From an uncultured Candidatus Poseidoniales archaeon (GTDB lineage: Archaea > Thermoplasmatota > Poseidoniia > Poseidoniales > Thalassarchaeaceae), in assembly GCA_964645485.1 (NCBI GenBank), contig CAZXZO010000017.1, forward strand, positions 1 to 43,022: a stretch of 43,022 nucleotides of DNA, read 5' to 3'. Position numbers and translations under genes: made by a program. Position 1 is the first letter of the stretch, and the number at the start of each line of letters is the position of its first letter. The notes below the pieces were generated by a model, which saw only the letters and a list, made by a program, of their open reading frames with translations, did no database searches and was not told where the DNA came from. Of this stretch, positions 1 through 8,391 are shown one piece after another.

Positions 1-71
1 AGAAAGGTATCCTCAAGGCGACCTAAATCCACAGCAACCACAACTGCGACAGAATACCGCCGCCGAACCAT
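1..71 (-). CDS. Possible 5' end of a CDS running off the window (MVRRRYSVAVVVAVDLGRLEDTF...)
   Basis: Minus-strand ATG at 71 with an open frame to the window edge, divergent from the giant ORF. Too short to identify. Confidence 0.3.
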   Translation of the reverse strand, partial: MVRRRYSVAVVVAVDLGRLEDTF

Positions 72-189
72 CCTACAGGTCTCTAATTAAGAATCCATCC
101 ATCCACTTTCAAAGGGTCAAAGGAGTATTGCGTAATGGGCAAACTTGACTATAGGTTCCCTACATCGTCAGATGAGGGGAGGGTATCCT

Positions 190-3100
190 GTGAAGCGTTG
201 CGCAGTCTTTTTGGTTTTCATGATGTTCACTATGTCATTAGTTGCATTCACTCCGAATCTATCCGAAATCTCGCCACAGGATGCAGAACTTGAGAAAGCA
301 GATGCAAATGGTTTTGCTTCCCTGAACTCAACAGAAGTTGTAACCATCAATAGCCATCCCAATGCTGTAACGAATTCTTTCAAGGTTGAAGTGCCGGAGG
401 GCGAAGCAGTTCGAAATCTCAGTCTTGAACTCTCACCCGCGGCCCTACCACGTAGTGAGGGAATATCTTTCACCGCCCCTAATGATTTCAATCAAACCGG
501 GGCTACTTCTCAAGGTGTAGACTACAATTCAACCGGATTACAGGTTTCAGCGATTGATGAATACTGGAGTTTTGAAGGTTCAACAAATCTTCCTTCTGGA
601 TGGACTTCCTCAAACACAAATTATGGGCGAATAAACACCATGTCTTGTGGTACCAACGGCAGTAGTTCTCGCTCCCTCACAGTTAGGCATGGTTCAGTGA
701 GTGTCACTTCTAATCAGATTGACCTATCTTCCCTTTCCAATGGACAAATCTCCTTCTGGATGCGAGAGGGCCAGTCGGGGTGTGGCGAAGACCCGGATAG
801 TAGCGAACACATGTTTGTTGAGTACATCAGATCAAGTGGGAGTTGGGGACAAATAACCTACTTCAATGCTGGTCTTGGATATCCATATTACACACCTCGA
901 AATGTGGCATTTAATTTACCAAATGATGCCTTCCATTCTAATTTCAAGTTTAGATTCAGACTCTCACATGGTTCGGGGACCTGCTGTGACTGGTGGTTTG
1001 TTGACGATGTTCGGCTGACTAAACCGGGTGGAGAAGGTAACTGGACTACTCCTGCTTTTGGCCCAAGTGCTAACAATGCAAACTTTCGCTCATTGCCAGG
1101 CCCTTACGGTATGATGAGTATAGATACTGATGCTCCTTCAAATGCTGTGACTTGGTCAGTTCTTGATGCCTCAAATAACACACCGCTTGATGGATTTTAT
1201 GAGCGCCAAGGACACTGGGCAGATTTAGGTGGAATTGACTGGCAAAAGCATCCAGCGATACGTCTGAAGGTGACTTTGGAAGCGATGGGGACGGGTTCTG
1301 TTACCAAAGTGAATGGAGTTCACATTCAAGGGCTATTTGTCAACAGTTTTGATGATAACCCTACAGATTGGAGTCTGATTGCGTGTAGTTGGGATGGTGA
1401 TAGCATTGTTGGCGATGGCGAGGCGTACTCGCCGACATTTATTTCTCGGCGGCCAATAAGTAGAATTTCTACTGATTTAACAGTGACTGGTGGAGGCCAC
1501 TTGGAGGCAACTATTGATGGCGGCGCTTGGGTGACGTTGCCAACTAGCGGTTTGACTAATCTAGATAATTGGGTGCATTCTGTTCAATTCCGATGGATTG
1601 GTCAAGGACAAAATTTCGATTTGCAAAGATTTGAGGTGGAATTACATGGTTCAGGATTACCAGAATCACCACTCATTGATTTGGGCAATGATGGGCATGA
1701 AGAATGGGGTCTGACCAACGACTCAATCGGTACTTGGGGCTGGCAAGACGTTCTTGCAGACGGAAATCGCTCAATTGATTTGAAATTCCCTAATCAGCAC
1801 AACATTGAGTTCTGGATACCTAAAGATTCAGCTGGAGATTTAGTGTTTGAAGTCAGTCCGGAATTGTCAACCGGCGTTACAGATTTACAGATTCAACTCC
1901 TGATTGGTGGTAACGTAATCTCATCATGGACATACGGAAGCGGAGATGATTCGAGATTATTGCGAGTTCAGCAAGCAGACAAGGCAAATTTGGTGGCTGA
2001 GTTAACGATTTCACCACCTGTTTACAGTCAAAGTGGAATAGAATATGTCGCTGTAGAGATGATGTTAGATGGTCTAGCAGGCGGAGTTAGATTCGGTGGA
2101 ATTGCAATTCCACATTCGCCTACAGCGGTGTTACAATTTGAGCCGGAATCAGATTTCATTCTCGGCCTGAACAACCTTGCTGGAAGCATGGCTGCTACCA
2201 ACGGCTGGGTATCGCTTCCACTGTCAATGAGTTGGGATTACTTAGGCTCAATGGAAGTAACACTAAGAGAATTGAATACAGGTTTAGCCACAGATATTTC
2301 ACTAGAATCAGCAGCAAACCTCTCAGCGACATTAACACCATCGTGGCAGATGTTTGAATTCAAGCATAATTTAACAGTAGATAGCGGCGAATTAGCAGCA
2401 TTAAGGTATGATTTAGTTGGCGTGAATAATGCAGTCACTTACACAGTTTGGCTAGGTGCATCGCCCCTTCCACCCGATGCAATTGAGGGCGATGGTGAGG
2501 CAATAATACTACCAGCAATTTTCGATACTGGCAATTATTCGACCCCTGCAGGTGCAAGTGGACCAGGAATCTGCTGTGAGTTGCATCCAACTCTTCGATT
2601 TTCACTGAATGCTTCTTGGGATGATGAAGATTTAGTAACTCTGACTTTGCGTGGGGTAATGGCTGATGGCTTGATCAGTTTACCATGGGTTCACATGTTC
2701 GGGGTTGGCCCTTCTCAGGGTGTAGAGAACGACATGAAAATCACTGATTGGAGGGTTTTGAATGACCTCGGAATTGAGATAGCAGATGAGACCTCCTATC
2801 TGAAGGCAGATTCGGATATTTCAGTTGAAGTAGAATTTGGTTTTGAGGGCTTAGAATCAATGTTTGCGCCCCGAAGCGATGACATTGAAGTCAGGTTACT
2901 TGAGAATGGAATTGTGAAGGCACAAACTAATCAATTGAACCAAGGAGTTGCTACTTTCAACACTAGGACTCCATTGGTTACTGGAGATGTTGAATATGCC
3001 GTAGAATTCGACCCACTTGTCGGCGGCGATGATGTGACTACAATTGTTCTCAACCGCAGTTTTGAAATCGATTCAATATCACCTATTGTAATCTATCAAA

Positions 3101-5415
3101 GTGTCAAAGCACACGACCACCTTGAGCCTTCACTTTCACAAACTCTGACCTTTGAATTGTATGATATGCCAGTGTTACCAACTGATGTAACCCTGATGTT
3201 GTGGCGCCAATGGCAAGATGATAGTGATGGGGATGGCGAAATTGATGCTGATGAATTTCAGCCACAAAATATGGTAATTCCATCTAATCTTTCAATTAAT
3301 AGAGGGAATTATTCCTTTACATTTGATGATACATTTGGCTTAGAAGGTGATTTAGTTGCAGGTTATTTGACAGGTTCAGACCCGGCAGGAAATGCAATCA
3401 TTGGTGGAGGTAGTCCCATAACGAATGCCCAATTATTTGTCTATCAACTCATGTCTGATGAAGCACCAAGCATTACTCGTGACGGTGCAGGCTGGACCGG
3501 TGGGCCAAGAGATTGGCTTCACCCTTCCCCAACTTATGGGTTAATTATTCCATTTGAAGAGGGCAACGGATTTTCAGATATAGACCACATCAATATCAAT
3601 TTAGCAGGCAATTCGATTGAAGACCAATTACGAGTTGGTTGGAATGCTAGTAGTGGAGAATGTGTCACACCAAGCCAACACCTAGAGATTGTCAATTGTC
3701 ACGTGCGTGCAAGTGTGGGGGCTATCAACGCCTTCACTAGCGATTTGTATATTCAGATTGACTTCAAACTTGCATGGGATTTACCTGATGAGGGTGACTT
3801 GAGAAGAGAACCAGACATTGAGGTAGTTGACCGTGCTGGACAAGGTGATTGGTTGGCTCTCCCTGAATTACGTTGGCGTTTTTCAACTGATTTACAAATT
3901 GAGCCAGATAGTATTCTAGTCGAGTTAGCAGAAGGAAAAAGATCAGCAAGCGGTGCTTGGGTTGCACCAAATAGTAACATCAGCATTTCAGGCAGGGTCT
4001 CATTTTCACCCACTGGTGATTTGCCCTCAGATGAGATGAAAGTCAAAGTCATGCTTGATGACAAAGGGTCAACTGTTCGAACTGAAAACGGTTGGTGGAG
4101 TGCAACGCTAAAGGCTCCGAGTCAAGCTAGTTCGGCAATTCCTATGACTTTTGAATTGACAGAAATACCGGCTCAAGCAAGAGATGTCACTGATACAGGT
4201 CTGACAATTCTACACATTATTGTGGATAGCACGCCACCAATACCTATCGATGTGGTCGGGCCAAGGATTGGAAGTGAAATCCAAGTTTCCTCACTTTCAT
4301 CAGTAGTTGTAGAAATTCAAATTAAAGAATTTGAACAACTTGACATAGAGACTGTTCGATTAAATTGGCTTGTAACACATGGCTCTAATCCATATGGAGA
4401 TGAAATTGTTAGCGGACAAAGCGTGGTGGTTTTGCCGGCACACAACCCTGCGGGTGAGGCAATACCTGTGAGAGCGACACTTGAGTTACAATCTCTTATT
4501 CCAGCAGTAATGCTATCCGAAGAACTAACGCTACACGCTTGGATTACAGGCAAAGATATGGTTGGCAATGAGATGGTGTCTGATATCCAATTTAATTCGG
4601 AAGGAAGCCCCTTCGCGGCTTGGGGAATACAGCAACTGCAAGCCGATTTGGTGGTAGAAGATGCTGACTTAAGTTACTCAAGAAACGGTGAAATTGAGTT
4701 GGGTGACAAAATAATGGTCACGGTTCAGGTGCATAATTTGGGTGAGGTATATGGAGTCGCAGAACTAACTCTCAAAGAGATTGATTCAGAGGGTGTGAGT
4801 AGGGTTATCACGCCTATTTACGCCACGGTGGGGGTAGACCCAGATGGCTCGAGCCAAGCACAAATTGACTGGGTGCCCGAGAGTGAAGGTCATTACTTCA
4901 TTGTAGTCTTAATGGGTGATGAGGAGGTTGCGACTGGTGACGTTGTTACTGTTACTCAACCGGCGGAATCTGGTTTACTCGCTGATTTGAATGAACAAGG
5001 ATTCACAATTCAATGGATTGGAATTCTTGGTGGATTATTGATTCTATTAGTTGCAGTCGTTGTAATTGGAATGCGGGCTAGTGGTGCGCCTGAGGATGAG
5101 TGGTTTGACGAAAATGATGATGATGCTACAGCCGTGGTAGAGGCTGAATTAGGTCAAAATCAACAGTGGACTCCTGAACAGATTGCCCTGTGGCAACAAT
5201 CACAAGCCCAGGCCGTACAAACTCAGCAACAATGGACTCCTGAACAGATTGCTCACTGGCAACAATCACAAGCACAGGGTGCACAAAATCAACAACAGTG
5301 GACTCCTGAACAAATTGCTTGGTGGCAACAACAACAGATGCAACAGCCAAGTAACGTTCAACAAGGTTGGGAAGGCTATCAACAGGTGCAACAAGATTCC
5401 TATTACCAGCAATAA
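190..5415 (+). CDS. Giant acidic membrane-anchored surface protein: N-terminal signal/TM, jelly-roll (reelin-subrepeat-like) domain, Ig-like/CARDB-like domain, C-terminal TM, Q/W-rich repeat tail
   Basis: 1756-aa ORF (track start TTG 145; GTG 190 after a G-rich SD-like run is more likely). Hydrophobic N-terminus CAVFLVFMMFTMSLVAF. CARDB-like segment QADLVVEDADL...VTVQVHNLG...YFIVVLM. TM segment WIGILGGLLILLVAVVVIGM. Confidence 0.85.
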   Translation: MKRCAVFLVFMMFTMSLVAFTPNLSEISPQDAELEKADANGFASLNSTEVVTINSHPNAVTNSFKVEVPEGEAVRNLSLELSPAALPRSEGISFTAPNDFNQTGATSQGVDYNSTGLQVSAIDEYWSFEGSTNLPSGWTSSNTNYGRINTMSCGTNGSSSRSLTVRHGSVSVTSNQIDLSSLSNGQISFWMREGQSGCGEDPDSSEHMFVEYIRSSGSWGQITYFNAGLGYPYYTPRNVAFNLPNDAFHSNFKFRFRLSHGSGTCCDWWFVDDVRLTKPGGEGNWTTPAFGPSANNANFRSLPGPYGMMSIDTDAPSNAVTWSVLDASNNTPLDGFYERQGHWADLGGIDWQKHPAIRLKVTLEAMGTGSVTKVNGVHIQGLFVNSFDDNPTDWSLIACSWDGDSIVGDGEAYSPTFISRRPISRISTDLTVTGGGHLEATIDGGAWVTLPTSGLTNLDNWVHSVQFRWIGQGQNFDLQRFEVELHGSGLPESPLIDLGNDGHEEWGLTNDSIGTWGWQDVLADGNRSIDLKFPNQHNIEFWIPKDSAGDLVFEVSPELSTGVTDLQIQLLIGGNVISSWTYGSGDDSRLLRVQQADKANLVAELTISPPVYSQSGIEYVAVEMMLDGLAGGVRFGGIAIPHSPTAVLQFEPESDFILGLNNLAGSMAATNGWVSLPLSMSWDYLGSMEVTLRELNTGLATDISLESAANLSATLTPSWQMFEFKHNLTVDSGELAALRYDLVGVNNAVTYTVWLGASPLPPDAIEGDGEAIILPAIFDTGNYSTPAGASGPGICCELHPTLRFSLNASWDDEDLVTLTLRGVMADGLISLPWVHMFGVGPSQGVENDMKITDWRVLNDLGIEIADETSYLKADSDISVEVEFGFEGLESMFAPRSDDIEVRLLENGIVKAQTNQLNQGVATFNTRTPLVTGDVEYAVEFDPLVGGDDVTTIVLNRSFEIDSISPIVIYQSVKAHDHLEPSLSQTLTFELYDMPVLPTDVTLMLWRQWQDDSDGDGEIDADEFQPQNMVIPSNLSINRGNYSFTFDDTFGLEGDLVAGYLTGSDPAGNAIIGGGSPITNAQLFVYQLMSDEAPSITRDGAGWTGGPRDWLHPSPTYGLIIPFEEGNGFSDIDHININLAGNSIEDQLRVGWNASSGECVTPSQHLEIVNCHVRASVGAINAFTSDLYIQIDFKLAWDLPDEGDLRREPDIEVVDRAGQGDWLALPELRWRFSTDLQIEPDSILVELAEGKRSASGAWVAPNSNISISGRVSFSPTGDLPSDEMKVKVMLDDKGSTVRTENGWWSATLKAPSQASSAIPMTFELTEIPAQARDVTDTGLTILHIIVDSTPPIPIDVVGPRIGSEIQVSSLSSVVVEIQIKEFEQLDIETVRLNWLVTHGSNPYGDEIVSGQSVVVLPAHNPAGEAIPVRATLELQSLIPAVMLSEELTLHAWITGKDMVGNEMVSDIQFNSEGSPFAAWGIQQLQADLVVEDADLSYSRNGEIELGDKIMVTVQVHNLGEVYGVAELTLKEIDSEGVSRVITPIYATVGVDPDGSSQAQIDWVPESEGHYFIVVLMGDEEVATGDVVTVTQPAESGLLADLNEQGFTIQWIGILGGLLILLVAVVVIGMRASGAPEDEWFDENDDDATAVVEAELGQNQQWTPEQIALWQQSQAQAVQTQQQWTPEQIAHWQQSQAQGAQNQQQWTPEQIAWWQQQQMQQPSNVQQGWEGYQQVQQDSYYQQ
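5158..5346 (+). repeat. Intragenic 66-bp (22-aa) tandem repeat x3, QQWTPEQIAxWQQ
   Basis: The TGG codon of WTPEQIA occurs at 5167, 5233 and 5299, an exact 66-bp period. Confidence 0.95.
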
Positions 5416-5480
5416 TTTACTTTTGTTATGAATTGGCTGGAGAAATATCTCTGACTTCAAAATCGGGGCTAACAGCCAAT

Positions 5481-5628
5481 AAATCAGATTTCATAGCCGA
5501 GTTTGCTTTGCTTCGCTACTTACTCTTAAACTAGCCAGAGGTCAATAAAATCGGATTTTATAATCGAATCTGCTTCGCTTTGCGACTTCTCATTAAACAT
5601 ACCAGAGATTCATAAAATTTGATTTCAT
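5481..5628. repeat. Degenerate 67-bp intergenic tandem repeat (~2.2 units)
   Basis: Units start at 5481 (aaatcagatttcata), 5548 (aaatcggattttata) and 5615 (aaatttgatttcatt). The first two share gctt(t/c)gctt, ttaaac and ccagag at equivalent offsets. Confidence 0.8.
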
Positions 5629-5845
5629 TCTGCGAGTTTCCTATCCTATGCTCAGTCCAACTAGCAGGTCTTTGTGCGAAGCGAATTTTACCTCGATTTC
5701 AATTGCTTCGCACCGACTAGAAAATTTCCTTCACTTTGTTCAGTCCAATTTTCTAGCCCAGCGACAATCATTGATTCTTAAACGAATCATTGATTTTCGC
5801 GGGCTTTTTAATTTCATATAATTAATTAATATTGAAATTAAAAAG
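5629..5845. repeat. Array of five inverted-repeat (hairpin-forming) units downstream of tRNA-Thr
   Basis: Stems: ctgcgagtt/aactagcag (5630-5667), gtgcgaagc/gcttcgcac (5674-5713), ctagaaaatt/aattttctag (5717-5756), a 17-bp stem with 2 mismatches (5761-5800), and ctttttaatttca/tgaaattaaaaag (5804-5845). Confidence 0.9.
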
Positions 5846-5918
5846 AGCCAACGGAGAGATTTGAACTCCCGACCACCTGATTACAAATCAGGAGCACTAC
5901 CAGCTATGCAACGTTGGC
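5846..5918 (-). tRNA. tRNA-Thr(UGU), intronless, CCA not encoded
   Basis: Reverse complement GCCAACGTTGCATAGCTGGTAGTGCTCCTGATTTGTAATCAGGTGGTCGGGAGTTCAAATCTCTCCGTTGGCT folds as a cloverleaf. Anticodon stem CCTGA/TCAGG with TGT, T-loop TTCAAAT, followed by a T-run. Confidence 0.97.
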
Positions 5919-5943
5919 GCTAAGCCACCCGACACCCCCATTG

Positions 5944-5957
5944 GTTTTGAATATCAC
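5944..5957 (-). promoter_or_regulatory. Putative TATA-like element of tRNA-Thr
   Basis: Minus-strand ATATTCAAAA lies about 28-37 nt upstream of the tRNA 5' end. Assigned by position only. Confidence 0.35.
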
Positions 5958-6011
5958 AGTCGGAGGACAGCCCTAACGGTCAAGAATGAACGGCCTACAC
6001 GAGATAATGAA

Positions 6012-6884
6012 ATGGGCGCCCAAGTTCTTGATGGGAAGGCGTGTGGCGCCGAAGTTGAAGCCGAAGTAAAAGCCAAAGCATCAGCCTTGAATGCACGTGG
6101 AATAACCCCTCACTTAGCAGTGGTAATAGTTGGGGACGACCCGGCTAGTCATGTCTATGTAGGTGCAAAAGAGCGCGCTTGTGCTCGAGTAGGGGTCAAG
6201 AGTACCCGCATTGATTTGCCTGCCGACAGCGATTTTTCAAAGGTGGTAGATGTTGTTGAAAAACTAAATTCTGACTCCACAGTACATGGGATTTTGGTGC
6301 AGTCACCTCTGCCAAAAGGGATGGATGAGTTAGCCATAACCGACTTGATAGATCCGGCAAAAGATGTTGACGGATTTCATCCAGTGAATCTCGGTAGATT
6401 AGTCCAAGGCCGTGCTGATGGGCTTTTGCCTTGCACTCCAGCGGGTGTAATTCGCCTTCTTGAGTGGGGAGGAGTTGAAACCTCAGGAAAAAGTGCCGTA
6501 GTGATAGGGAGGTCACGCATTGTCGGTTCTCCTGTATCACTATTATTAGGTCGTAAGGGAGTTGATGCAACAGTGACAATTTCACATTCGCGAACTAGTG
6601 AAATTGCCGATGTCTGCCGCGCAGCAGACATCGTGATTGCAGCAGTTGGACGCCCTGAGATGGTTCAAGCAGATTGGGTAAAGCCGGGAGCGGCTGTGGT
6701 TGATGTGGGCGTGAACAGAGTTGATGACGAAAGCCGCGAGCGAGGCTATCGGTTGGCTGGTGATGTCCATCCAGACGTTGCCGATGTAGCAGGCCACCTC
6801 TCGCCGGTTCCAGGTGGAGTAGGGCCGATGACGATTGCAATGCTGATGCTCAACACAGTTACCGCCGCTGAATCAAATTCTTGA
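6012..6884 (+). CDS. folD: Bifunctional methylenetetrahydrofolate dehydrogenase/cyclohydrolase
   Basis: Motifs ASHVYVGAK, HGILVQSPLP, KDVDGFHPVNLG, PCTPAG, VIGRSRIVGSP, PVPGGVGPMTIAML. Confidence 0.97.
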   Translation: MGAQVLDGKACGAEVEAEVKAKASALNARGITPHLAVVIVGDDPASHVYVGAKERACARVGVKSTRIDLPADSDFSKVVDVVEKLNSDSTVHGILVQSPLPKGMDELAITDLIDPAKDVDGFHPVNLGRLVQGRADGLLPCTPAGVIRLLEWGGVETSGKSAVVIGRSRIVGSPVSLLLGRKGVDATVTISHSRTSEIADVCRAADIVIAAVGRPEMVQADWVKPGAAVVDVGVNRVDDESRERGYRLAGDVHPDVADVAGHLSPVPGGVGPMTIAMLMLNTVTAAESNS

Positions 6885-6936
6885 AGCGGAATCTGATTAG
6901 ATAAGCACAAATATTCTTTCACATTGTCGATAAACA

Positions 6937-8283
6937 ATGTCAGTGCGGATAATAGCACCTCTGCTCTTTGTCTTGCTACTGGCTCCGATGGCTGCATCGC
7001 AAAGCATTGGTGAGACATTACAAGAATGCCCAGGTACTCTGACTGGTAGTACAGAGCCAAGTCAAATCCATTTACAATTAACCGATAACCCGTCGGAAGT
7101 AGTGGTAATGTGGGCAACCGCACGCAGAGGAAATGCTGTGGTTGAATGGGACGGGCAAAGTGCTGATGGTGATTCATATTGCTATAATCACGACATGGCT
7201 TTTCACATGGCAACGATGAGTGACTTAACTCCTGGAGAAGAGGTAACTTACCGAGTTGGTGATGGGAATGACTGGTCACAGGAATACAAATTCACTCCAA
7301 TTGATATAGATGCGAATCGGTTTGAATGGATTGCAATCGCAGATTACGGCGATTCTTCAGAGGCTGTTGATGTGAAGGAAGCAATAATTGCAGATACTAC
7401 TGCACAAATGGTAACAATTTCTGGAGACATATCATATGCTGATGGTGAACAATCAACTTGGGATGATTGGTTCGTAGAACAAGAGGAAAGTATGACTCAC
7501 ATTCCTTGGGTAACTGCAGTTGGAAATCATGAAAATGAGCCGGGTTATGGATTCACCCCGTATGCTCATCGATTTGATGCGGATGGAATGAAGGAAACAG
7601 AGCCATTTTGGTTCAGCAGAGACTTTGCTGGCGTACACATGGTATTCATGTCAACTGAGCATGATTATGATTTAGGAAGTTCTCAATATGCTGCTTTGGA
7701 GGCAGATTTGTCTGCGGCTAATGCAAACCGTGAACAACGACCATTCGTAGTGGTGGTCGCTCACAAACCCATGTATTCGAGCAATAGTTACCACGGTTCA
7801 GAAATTGCTTTGCGTGAAGCGGTTGAAGAGTTATATCAAACTCATGGCGTAGATTTGGTAATTGCTGGGCATGATCATTTCTATGAGAGAACTTGGCCGG
7901 TTTTCGACGAAGAACCCCAAAACTTCGGAGGTGAGGGTGGTACACTATTCGGTCAGGGATTTGGTCCGATTCATATTGTCGCAGGTAATGCTGGACGTAC
8001 CCCATACACTGAGGTCGATGAACCCCAACCCGCTTGGTCTGCTTATCGTGAAGTAGATTCTTTTGGTTACATGAAATTAATTTATGATGAAGGGTCACGT
8101 AGCCTATCCTTCACATTTCACCGCACAGATCAAACAATAGGTGACCAATTCACAATACAGGAAGGTGTTGTGGATGAAAAAGAAGATGATAAATCACAAT
8201 TAATCCCAGGGTTTGGTACACTTTTGCCTTTAATTTCCTTAATCGGCGCGGCCTTTTTTCGTCGTGAACTAGCCTTAGATTGA
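6937..8283 (+). CDS. Secreted purple acid phosphatase-family metallophosphoesterase with a PGF-CTERM-like anchor
   Basis: Signal peptide, FN3-like N-domain, and PAP metal motifs DYG, GDISY, GNHE, VVAH, GHDH. C-terminus PGFGTLLPLISLIGAAFFRRE. Confidence 0.88.
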   Translation: MSVRIIAPLLFVLLLAPMAASQSIGETLQECPGTLTGSTEPSQIHLQLTDNPSEVVVMWATARRGNAVVEWDGQSADGDSYCYNHDMAFHMATMSDLTPGEEVTYRVGDGNDWSQEYKFTPIDIDANRFEWIAIADYGDSSEAVDVKEAIIADTTAQMVTISGDISYADGEQSTWDDWFVEQEESMTHIPWVTAVGNHENEPGYGFTPYAHRFDADGMKETEPFWFSRDFAGVHMVFMSTEHDYDLGSSQYAALEADLSAANANREQRPFVVVVAHKPMYSSNSYHGSEIALREAVEELYQTHGVDLVIAGHDHFYERTWPVFDEEPQNFGGEGGTLFGQGFGPIHIVAGNAGRTPYTEVDEPQPAWSAYREVDSFGYMKLIYDEGSRSLSFTFHRTDQTIGDQFTIQEGVVDEKEDDKSQLIPGFGTLLPLISLIGAAFFRRELALD

Positions 8284-8391
8284 GGCTTAGCATAGGATAC
8301 CGTCGAGACATACAATTAGCGCGTGCGTGCACAGAGCGTTTTTGCTAGTTTCAACCAGTCAATTAATCAAGTTCTAGTTTAGGGGAGCATC

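Noticed and set aside
5158-5628. Link between the 66-bp intragenic and 67-bp intergenic repeats
   Set aside because: The periods are similar but the unit sequences are unrelated.
5481-5845. CRISPR array
   Set aside because: There is no constant direct repeat alternating with unique spacers. The units are inverted repeats with different stems, and no cas genes are nearby.
6746-7279. 177-aa minus-strand ORF and the many other 60-145-aa track ORFs overlapping long genes
   Set aside because: They are antisense or alternate-frame shadows of well-supported genes and have no recognisable motifs.
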